DNA of 64,000 nt from Epithemia pelagica (taxonomy: Eukaryota > Protista > Bacillariophyta). The notes below the pieces were generated by a model. That model saw nothing but the letters and a program-made list of their open reading frames with translations. It searched no databases and was not told the origin of the DNA. The DNA is taken from contig OX337234.1 in the NCBI GenBank assembly GCA_946965045.2, forward strand, positions 1,984,001 to 2,048,000, read 5' to 3'. Below, one piece after another: positions 21,929 to 32,500 of the stretch (the first letter of the stretch is position 1; every line of letters begins with the position of its first letter). Made by a program: the position numbers and the translations under genes.

Positions 21929-22786
21929 ATGACTGAGATTGTCCATCCCGTCAAAGCAAAGATCCCAATTGTGGAGCCTTCACCATTCCAGCCAAGTACC
22001 AAGGCCATTTATCACGATGAGATACCACCGAAGCTCGCCATCCAGTCACCTGTTGTGAAAATGAGTGACACCAGACATCCATCGCCGTACTGGAAACAGT
22101 TGGTTCCAATTCAAGGAGAAGATCCGAGAGGCATGGATATCCGTATAACCTGGGATTGTCCCATGCACGCGGCAACATCGGAGTCACACGTTGTTGCACG
22201 CTCCTTTCTCAACATGGTGGAAGAGAAACGAGGAGAACCCCTCTTGTTCCGAGAAGAGCTTGTGGAGGAAGTTTCCGAATGGATGAAATGTTTTGAGCAA
22301 TATTGTTGCGAGTGTTTGGTCGATTCGCCCGGAAAAACAATCTTGTCGGCCAAACTTAGTTGCAGCCGAGGTCCTGCGGCTACAAAATGTCCCAAATGGC
22401 ACCAAGACTATGTCCCTCTCCGATGGATCCAAGCATTGGTGGGACCTGGATGTGAATGGGTCGAGCCCTTTGAATCGGAAGCGACGGCCCGGTTTGTTGA
22501 GCAAAGCAATGCTTGTTACGATGTCTGCCATGCCGACTTCCACGATGAGGGTTGTGAACAGGACCATTCGCATTCTCACAATCATTGCGATTCCGTAAAA
22601 CCCTTGAATTGTCACATTCATCAAGCCAAGGAAGGTCAAGCCGTGCTTTTGCTGGGAAAAAAGTGGAACTTAAAAAGCCAAATGAACTCGAACCTGCCCG
22701 CAGTCACGCACAAATCTCCCACTGGTATTCCAAAATGGCAAGGCCGTGTGTTGCTCACCATGGATGTGAGTGAGTTACGTGTCTAA
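21929..22786 (+). CDS. DUF1826-family protein, copy 2 (tandem paralog)
   Basis: Same motifs as copy 1 (CPKWHQDYVPLRWIQALVGPGCEWVEPF; HKSP...WQGRVLLTMDV), plus a His/Cys-rich insert. Confidence 0.8.
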   Translation: MTEIVHPVKAKIPIVEPSPFQPSTKAIYHDEIPPKLAIQSPVVKMSDTRHPSPYWKQLVPIQGEDPRGMDIRITWDCPMHAATSESHVVARSFLNMVEEKRGEPLLFREELVEEVSEWMKCFEQYCCECLVDSPGKTILSAKLSCSRGPAATKCPKWHQDYVPLRWIQALVGPGCEWVEPFESEATARFVEQSNACYDVCHADFHDEGCEQDHSHSHNHCDSVKPLNCHIHQAKEGQAVLLLGKKWNLKSQMNSNLPAVTHKSPTGIPKWQGRVLLTMDVSELRV

Positions 22787-23558
22787 TCTAGGTAGCATAT
22801 ACAATGGTTCTATAGATTTGAGAGCGAACCAGTTCAATAACTTATGATTTCAACAAGTGTGTCGAGAAATACCTATGCGCAAAAAGTGGAACTGCCGTGC
22901 CTTGGTTGCTCATTCGTTTATGCACATGGTCGCACCCCGACCTCAACCTCTAGCCTTTCGGATCTCATCCATTTCCAATTTCTTGTCTGTCGGCGTCCTC
23001 GGTCGCCCACCTTCAAGATTCAAGACGCACCACCAGGCGCGGATTTGATTTGGCTTTTGATGCTTTTTTGGAATATTGGATGGATGTTTAGTGTCACTCC
23101 TTTGAATGTTGTCGGCATGCGGCACATTGCCTCCTCGCTCCATGGCCCTAACTAGAATTATTGTATGGAAAGATATGTTGCCGTTGAGTCGTCTGAATGA
23201 TCCAATCGTCCTGCCAATGAGAGAAAAAGGGCAATTGTATATATCTTTGAGTGGGGGGACTCAAGGGAAATTCGCAAGATTGACACGCCACAAAATAGGG
23301 CCTGTTATCCTCTGTTACGATTTTTGGTGGTTCGGAATCGACAACGCCACCAAATTCATCGAACGTTGCATAGGGAAGGTGTCGTTCGACAATTTAGAAC
23401 CATAACAAGTACCACAAGAGTCGCTGCCTTTTTCTTTTTGGGGGTGGTGCAAACGGACTAGCAAAACCAGACTCGTCCGTTACTCGGTCAACGTTGTGTG
23501 TCGTACAGCGCACCTCTTGGATCAGCCAAACGATCGTGTGAGTGGGGAAATCGTACCC

Positions 23559-26500
23559 ATGTCGTCGTCCCAAAATATTCCACCCTCCTCGATTTTTCCA
23601 GCTTCGTGCTGCTCGACGGCCGCAGACTCACCGGCCGCCAAAGACCTGCAACAAAAACAACTCAATCGGCCTTCCTATCGACCGAAACAACTGCCCGTTC
23701 GAATCTTCCAGGACGATACTGGCGGTTCTTTTCCTCCTCGAAACATGGCTGATCAATATAGCGATGCCGACATGCTGTCGGATGAAGATTCCTTTGGCGC
23801 CGCCATGCCTCCTCCTCCACCGAGCTATCCGCACCCCGATGATGTTCCCCCTGGAGAACCAGATGGCGGCAGCATGAACGACCAATCTGCCTCTCCCGAT
23901 GGTGACAAGTTCAATGATGAGTACGACGACGAGGAGCAACAATCTTTTCTAGGACGTGGTACTGAAGCTGGAGGGAGTCGAGAAGACCCACCGCAAGAAA
24001 TTGGTCAAGGTACCGCGTCGGACGATGATGACGAGGAGGAAGATGAAGAGTATGCTGCCGAACCGGACGAGGAATACGAAGATGAAGATGACGTCGACTT
24101 TGATTTGCCAGAAGATCAATCGCTCGAGATTCCTCCAACATCGGTCGTGCAGCGCATGGTGTTGAGAGAAAATGTGGACAAAACAGATCGACAACGAAAT
24201 ATCACTGTCTTGGGAGCAATTTGCTGCTGCCTCTTCATTACCATTATTATTATCATTATAGGGTTCTCCACCGATCTTTTCACGAAGGAAACCACTTCCG
24301 CTGTCAGCTCTGGAGCCGACATTGCCCCAACCTCCGCTCCGACCGCGGACAGCGAACGAGTGGCTCGAGTTCGGACCTACTTGGAAGGAGTGGGTATGGA
24401 AGCAAGTGCTCTGGATCAAAGTGGAAGTCCCCAGAGCCAAGCCTTCGAGTATCTCACTGGTGCGGATCCTCTCGGACTTGACCCCGATGTACTAGAAGAT
24501 GCACTCCGTTTGAAGCAGCGATATGGCCTTTTGGCCGGACTTTGGTATGCGTCTCCTGCTGACTGGGCTGTATCCAATGGTTGGGCCTTGGACGCCGACG
24601 AGTGCTCCTGGGTTGGTGTCGATTGCGGAAGTGTGACCGAAGACGGCATTACCTACAATGCCGTGACGTCGATTGCCTTGCCCAATAACAATGTCCAAGG
24701 GTTAACGGAAGAAATTGGTCAGCTCACCCACTTGACGTATTTGGATCTTAACAACAACGTGCTCACAGGAAATGTTCCATCTTCCATCGTCATGCTCGAG
24801 GAACTGGAAGAATTGTACCTTTATGATAACTTTCTACAGGGCGAATGGCCCGCGGATTTGTCCGCTTTCACAAACATGACCGTATTGTATGCAAGCCACA
24901 ACCGGTTTACAGACGATATCCGCAAGTTCTTTACCATTACATCCCTGGAAATTCTCATTCTGGATCACAATGAGTTGGTTGGAACCCTGGACGGCGTTTC
25001 AGATCTAGAGAATATCGGTACGTGTCAAAATCTATCACTCATGCAATGTTTTCATGAAAAGTTTCTCAAAGCAAGTGATATTTTCAGAACGCTTGACGTT
25101 GGGAAGTAACGACATTGAAGGGAATATTCCCGCCGAATTCAGATTCCTTACCAATTTGTCAATCTTGTGGCTGTACGGGAACGACCTAACAGGTCTTATT
25201 CCGAACGCACTACGGGAAATGGAGTCGCTCACTGTGTTTGATGTTTTTGATAATGACTTGGGCAATGGCGAGGGTCTGCCGCTAGCATTCGTTGACATGC
25301 CGAATTTGGAGGTCCTAACCTTGTCTGACAATCCATGGGGTGGCGAGATACCAGATTTTTACGGTGACTTTCCTCGTCTTCGGGTCCTTAGCCTTGAGAA
25401 CAGCGGTCTAGAGGGATCGATCAACTCGGCACTGGGTGATCTCGGGACTCTGGAGGTTTTGCGTCTAGCAGAGAATGGCTTCAATTTTGAATCATTTCCT
25501 TCGTTTATTCTGTCCTTGACGAACCTGACAGATCTTCGGCTCAATAGTTGCAACCTTATGGACGATATTCCTGATGGTATTGAAGATTTGGTCAAATTGG
25601 AGATCCTTTTCTTGCAAGAGAACTTCTTGGCGGTTAATTTCACAGAATCACTCGGCAGTCTCCCATTAAAAGAGTTGAATCTCGCTGGTAACCTCTTCGA
25701 TGACGATGTCCCAGCGTCTTGGGCGCAGTTGACAAACCTTACGTTGCTCAACCTGGCCGACATGGACTTGACTGGACCATTTCCAGATATCTCGGGTATG
25801 ACCAATCTTGAGAGGCTTGAACTACAAGGAAACAACTTCGATGGAGACCTTACGAACGGTTACCTTTCAGCTGTGCCTACACTGCGTAAGAACGAGTACA
25901 CGCTTCCTCGCGTCCAATTGGTGAGACACCTCTCACATTTTTCTCTTTTTATTTCTAGAATACATTGATTTGAGTAGCTCTGGGTTGTCCGGGAATCTGC
26001 CCGACGACTGGGGTGTCTTCAACGCTCTAGAGGAGCTGTACCTGGACGACAACGATTTTAGTGGTGGAATCCCGGCAAGCCTTGGTGATGTTGGTAGTCT
26101 ACAAATTCTGGGTCTTTCAGACAATCAGCTAGATGGTGGTATCACCGACATTTTCGATGGCCTCGATGAATTGCGACGTCTCGATGTGAGCGGAAACTCC
26201 TTGGAGGGACCGATCCCCACATCCATCGGAACATGTGTGAAACTTCGAACGCTTCGTGTGGGACGAAACAGCGAAGAAATTTCAGCGACTGGAATTGTAG
26301 GGCCCTTACCGACAGAACTTGGTTCCCTGGTTAACTTGAGGACGTTTGAATGCATGGACAATCTTATCAATGGATCGCTGCCCTCCGAGATGGGGAACAT
26401 GATCAGTTTGGAACGTCTTGATGTTTCCAGCAATCTCTTGACAGGGTTCATTCCCGATACATTTGCCAATCTTGAGAATCTCGAGAGGTTTTTCTTGCAG

Positions 26501-26632
26501 GACAATAACTTTGATTCAAGTTCATGGCCCACAGAAATCTGTGCAATTGAATCCATTGACAACGTTGTACCCGACTGTGATTTCCTCCAATTGTGTGATT
26601 GCTGCAGCGATTTTGCATGCAATCAGGTGTAG
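23559..26632 (+). CDS. Type-II membrane LRR receptor-like protein; exons 23559-25017, 25088-25885, 25959-26632
   Basis: Acidic N-terminus, one TM helix, LRRNT cap (W.L..DECSWVGVDC), plant-type LRRs and C-terminal DC...CDCC cap. GT-AG introns 25018-25087 and 25886-25958 join the three ORFs in frame. Confidence 0.88.
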
Positions 26633-27089
26633 AGAGCCCACGACACACGGCCACTAAAGATGTTCTCCGGATACATGCTGTTCAGGTTGCGAGAGATGAC
26701 ATCGATAAACGCTCTCTGCGAACAACCTACTCTATGTTAAGATTATGCATTTAATTTCTCATTGTTGTCTTTTACATTCGCCTCATATAGCGAACTCACT
26801 TACTTACTCCGACTCCGACTCTCCCTAGAGTGGGCTGTGAGGGTTGCGGGTTGCCGGTTGCCGGTTGCCGGCTCATTTAGTTACTCCTACCTAGTCGAAT
26901 CCTCATTCGTGACCCATCAAAGCGAACGACAAACGCGCCACGCGATTCAATTCCAACACACGTGTTCATCGTTCATCCTTATTGCGTGTTTTTCTAATGT
27001 GAGACGAAGTTGTTGTTGAGGGACAAAGGACCAAACAAATTGAACAAAAAGAATTCTTTGTCCATTCTGGAAGTCAAACTTTCAGAATT

Positions 27090-28704
27090 ATGGATGGTAA
27101 TCAACTGTTGGGAGGCCCTCCTCCACCCACAACAGGAGAAAACGGCTCGAACGAGCAGCAACAAAATTCCGCTGTTGTAAATGAAGCCAACAAACGAGCT
27201 GCACTTGCTGGACAATGGAGAACACCTCCTTTGCCAATATTTCCTTCTGTTGCTGGAATAGTCAACGTTGGAAACAATGTTGCAGTGCAGCAGACGATTG
27301 CTCCAAGTGCTGCGAAAAAGCCTTCAGGAGTCGATGTCTCGCAGTTGCCAGATTCAACCGAAGACTATGCCAAAGCCTTGCAGGAGGCTTATCAACGCGG
27401 CGCCGAAGCCGCTCAAGCAATGGCTGCTCAGAAGCACCACCAACATGTTCCACCCACACAACAAAAACAACCGGATATATTGCCTTCGACCTCTTGTCCG
27501 GACTTCGTATTGCAAGCCGCTGGCGAGAATGCTGAGGCTCCTGTCATGGCACAGCCACAACAACAGACTACAGTTGCTCCTTTGGCACATCCTGGAGCAC
27601 CGCCCTCTTTAATTCCTACGGATCCTTCATCGCATTCATCTGTTCCTAACCCTTTATCAATGCCTCCACCAGCACCTGTGGTGTCGTCGACAAATGCAAA
27701 TATGGGCATGATGCCGATGGCGACTCTAGCGACTGCTGCGGGTCCAATGGGATCGACAGCTACCGCACAACCATCTCAACAATCGCTTCAACCACTGCAG
27801 CCCTTGGCGGGGCCAATCGCGGCGAACCTCAAAATGAACCCTGCTCAGGCCAATTTGACGCAAATGGTACCCGCAACGACGCAAAGGTCGATGAGTCTAC
27901 CTGATATGAGCACGTATGCGGCCCAACAAGAAGAGGAGAAACGACAAAAGCGTCTAGCAAGAAACCGGGCCAGCGCCAGACTTCGTCGCTTGCGGAAGAA
28001 GAACTTGGTAAGTTGGTGGTACTCAATTGAATTGTCGAAACGCACATGGGTTTTAGCGTCTTGACTCAGATCATCTGTTCGCCCTCTCCTAGGTTGAAGC
28101 GTATGAGCAAGAAGTCGGCATTCTGGAAAAGACTCTAGCACAACTACAAGCTCATGAATGGGGAGAAACAGACAATGTTGCAGCTTTGACGGAGGCTTTG
28201 TCTATGGATCGAGGACAACAGGTTCTCACGTTTGAGCAGCGACATGAAGTGGCAACCGGATTGTTGGACCAGCAACTGCAATGGATCGAAATGCTTGAAG
28301 AAATTATGCTTGAAGATTATGTTCTACAGAATGTGCGCAATGGGGAATTTGCCGAACTGAAGGACATTTTGGGTCTGGACGAAGAACAGTTGAACCGAAT
28401 CGAGGTGAGCAAGGTTGGCTGGCAAGAAGAATGGACGGCTCTCCAAACTCTGAAGGCGTCCGTGATTGCCATGAGAGAGAACGATTGGTTGTGGAATGAA
28501 AGTGTTTCGTCCATAGCGGAACAATTCATGGCAATTCTACACAAGAATCAAGTCAGCAAGTTTCTTCTTTGGGCGGACCACAATGCGGAGGCAATTGATG
28601 AATTGGACGGTGTTAACGCTGCTCCAGGGCCTGCGAACGGACCAGTGTTCGCCTTTGGGGTGGAGAGTCAGCCCGGAGAGAGCTTTGGCGATGAAGAAAA
28701 GTGA
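27090..28704 (+). CDS. bZIP transcription factor; exons 27090-28007 and 28093-28704
   Basis: Basic region KRQKRLARNRASARLRRLRKK. The phase-0 intron 28008-28092 (GTAAGT...CTAG) continues into the zipper VEAYEQEVGILEKTLAQL. Confidence 0.88.
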
Positions 28705-29116
28705 TGGGACGGCAATGTAACATTTATCCACTTGCTAGCCAATGGATTCTCTATTGGGTGAAGATGAAATTATTCTACTGCGATGGATTCTCAGCCAGGA
28801 GAACTTGTTCCATGCAGTCCAAAAGAGTAGGGAAACGATTATCTCGTCTGGATTATGATACTCAGCATAAAATACCCATTTCGTGATATTGGGTTGAAGC
28901 TCTGCACCTTAGTGCAAACAACTTTCTAGGCCACGACACCTAGCTAGCGGAGTAGGACGCATACGTAAGGGGTAGAGTAGGTAGCTCGTCCACTTTTTGT
29001 TCGAGCGCATTCGTGATTTGTCCTCCTGCCACCACATTTTTTGTGTCGGTTGTCGGTTCCTCTCCAAAATCGCAGTCGACAAAGGGACATCTTCAGATTA
29101 GCCTGTCTCTGTTCCC

Positions 29117-29497
29117 GCTTAGGGCTATCAAACTTAGGTACTCAGATTTTTAGCGTAGTTTCTAAAGAAGTTTAGTTGAAACTTAGGTTTTGAAGTTTAG
29201 GTAGTTTAGGTAGCTCTGAAAAATGGCTCCTTCCCTCAACCACACGGAAGATCACTGGACGTTGACACCAACATTCACAGAGAGGGATTCAGTATTCAGT
29301 AGGGCAAAAGCAGCGACATGAAACTTTGGATAAACTTAGGTACCGAAGTTTAGGACAAGAAACTTCGACGATGAAACTTGATACCTATAGTTCCCTCCAT
29401 ATCAGATTGACTCTTTTTATCAACGTTTAATCCGGGAAAAGGCTCTTTCGTCCTTGTTGATGAGTTGGTTTGTGCTTAGGGTGCAGAAGAAACTTAG
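29117..29497 (+). repeat. Dispersed cluster of TTAGG / AAACTTAG / AAGTTTAG motifs in intergenic DNA
   Basis: TTAGG at 29119, 29134, 29183, 29197, 29206, 29336, 29350 and 29476, all on one strand. Confidence 0.7.
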
Positions 29498-29551
29498 AAT
29501 CTGATAGAAGATAGAAAAGGTGGTTCTTGTTCTTGTTTCTGTGCAAATGCC

Positions 29552-32500
29552 ATGGGCGGTTCGGTGTCATCTTTCCAGGAGCTGTGCTCAAGTCTTAGGG
29601 CCAACGATCCGGATGTCCCTATTGTGAATACAGATTGTTTCCCTTACTTCGACAACGAATGTGCGGAACAACTGGGACTTGCTTTGAAAGACAATGTTCA
29701 TGTACGAAAGATTTTTCTAGATATATCCAGTCTCGCTTCTTCTGGACCAGACACTGGTGTATCCCTTCTCGCTTCCTTCCTTCAAACGTCGCGCACTTTG
29801 AAAACTTTGCTTATCAAGTCAACTCCTGGGTTGGCATTACAGGATGCGGGCAAAGTTCTCTCCACTTTCTTTGATGCTTCGATCGGAAGCGACTCGATTC
29901 AAGAGCTTACCTTGGTTGATACCGATCTAACGATCGCATGCGCAGATTTTCGACGTTTACTTACAGAATGTCGTCCAAACTTACGGCGCTTAAGACTCTC
30001 CTGTGCTTGCTCTGTGGACCCAAGTGGAAAGAAAGACATTGTGGACGCGGTGGCTCAGAACAAGACCATCACCGGAATAGAGTTGTCACATGTGTCCGAA
30101 TCTATCTGGTCGGCTTGCATGGCTGGGGTGGCCATGAACGAAAATCTTCACAGCCTCAACTTGGATCGTCTAACATCGGTGTATGATTACGCTCCTTTGT
30201 CGCATGCCATTGAAACCAATACTTCAATTGAGTCACTGTGTGTTCGTTATGGCACTATTCCCAACATGGCAGCAATGGCTTCAAGCCTACAACGAAACAA
30301 CACCATTGTTGAATTGATATTACTACATTGTTCCATCACTTCAAGACAGGTTCCTCATATCGCACGCATACTGAAAGGGTGCCCAACGCTGAAGCGGCTG
30401 AACTTAGCTTCGAATTACATCCAAACCGAAGGATTCGCACTTCTTGCCAACGGTACGTGAAAAGGGCGCGACCTAATGGAGACTAGCCATAGGGCTGACG
30501 TATAGGGTCGACGTCACCTTGCCCAACCAGCCTCACACTCTGGATGACGCACTACTTGCATATCTTTTAGGAACGTACGAACTAGGTAATCTTCTATCAT
30601 AATTTTACGAATACATACCCTTTTCAGGTTATGAGCCCAAGCATCACGCATTGAAGCCTGTTGCGAAAAGACCATAACGATTTGGTGGACCAGTTCAAGC
30701 GTTTGACGTTGAGGAAATCCGTACAAGCGGCCGTTGAAGTCCCCAAGACCTACCAGTTTCGATAGCCCGTTTAAAGAACGGTGGTGCGTCGAAGAAGCAA
30801 GAACCAGGTGGTTTCGTTGCGATTTTCCAGTGAATGGAAACGATAGCTGACTTTCTCAGAGTAAGAGCAGCTGCTGAAGACTCAAGCTTGGATTCCGGTT
30901 CCACGACAATACCAGGTTGGTCGTCCTCTGAAGACTCAAGTTTAAGTAGTATCGAAACGATGAGTAATAAAGTAATTATTAACGGAGAAGAGGTTGAAGT
31001 GAACACAAGTGCCACACGGTCTGAAGATGTGGAGACAGCCCTGTTCAAGAAAGAAGACCGAGAAGGCATGGGTGCAGAGAAGCGCCAGGAACTCTTCTCG
31101 AAGGCTGCTACTTCAACCCCTGCCAAGTTTGATCTCCTATCAGCTAACATCACAGACGTGAAACAGCTGGAGGAGTGTTACAATTTGAACCTTTTGGTGT
31201 CTCGTCTGAAGAGCCAACATATTATGTACGACATGCATGATGTGTTTACTATTGTTGTACCTGATGGAACAGGACCGAACCTCAAGACGAATACGACACC
31301 CAAGGATTTATATCTGTTCTATGCAGATCTCTCAGAAGAAGAAGTCGCTGCCAGTAACGAGTGGTATTCCACATGGCCGAGTAAGTCTTGGTATCGTGAA
31401 AACTTAATGTTAACCGCGAAGCAACTTGAGGCCAGCATGAAGAATTCCCTTTGGACCAAGGTCTATGAACGGTACAAACGTTACAAGACCGAACAGCAAG
31501 GTGGTCCTTTACTTTTTGTGATCATGATGAAGCTTCTCGTGACCCACACTGAACAAGCAACGAAGAATCTTGTAGACACAGTTGAAAATCTTAAGATTTC
31601 TAAAGTCCGTGGGGAGAATGTTTCTAAGATCGTAAGCCTCATCCTCGGTGCTCACGAACGATTGGAGGCAATTTCAAATGTTCCCGATGATTTCTCTAAA
31701 ACGGTTCTAAAGGTCTTACAGACTAGTTCCGTGGATCAGTTTAATAAAGTGTTTGAGCTAATTGAGAGCCAAGCACGAATTGCTGGCGCCTTGACTCGCT
31801 CTACGCCATCTACCCAAGCGCAGTTCCAGATCCCCTCTGTTGAAGCCTTGTTGGATCTAGCCGAGCAAGAATATCTCTCCCTTTGTCGCTCCAACGATTG
31901 GACGGGGAGCAAGACACGGGGAAGCCCCTCTACATTCACGGCTGATAGCCTCACGGCTGATTCCGGCGGTTCTCGTAAATGGAAGCCCGTCTGTTGGAAC
32001 TGTGGTGGGGAACATACCATCAAGGACTGCCCCAAACCAAAGAACGAAGCCCTCATTGAGGCCAATCGTCAAAAATATCAGGCCAAGAAGAAGGCCGGCG
32101 CTGGCAAAGGCAATGGCGATCGTAACCGTAGCTCTAACAAGTGGCGCCCTCCTTCGTCCGACGAGAATGGCAAGCGCATCATTGATGGCAAAACCATGCA
32201 CTGGGATGCCACTACCAAACGTTGGAACAAGCCTCAAGGCAATGTTGCCAACGACCAAGCCGCTCCCGCAACCGACTCTTCGACCTCGACCTCCCAAGTG
32301 CGGTTTGCTGGTGCCACTGCCAACGTTGCTGCCACTGGCTCTGCTGCGACGACCCACGCTCAGTCTCGTCGCGTTCTTGAGCGCACCCTTGAGTCTTTAA
32401 TGACCCAGGTGCAGAACTTATCTTGATGGCGTGGCCGTCGACCTCGTGTCGATGTAGGCCACCCTTTCCCTCAAACCTCTCTTCCCAGGAGGGATACCTG

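Noticed and set aside
32424-32426. Alternative genetic code explaining the in-frame stops
   Set aside because: TGA, TAA and TAG each terminate clearly conserved genes in this window (e.g. POLR1D TGA, TRM112 TAA, DUF2358 TAG).
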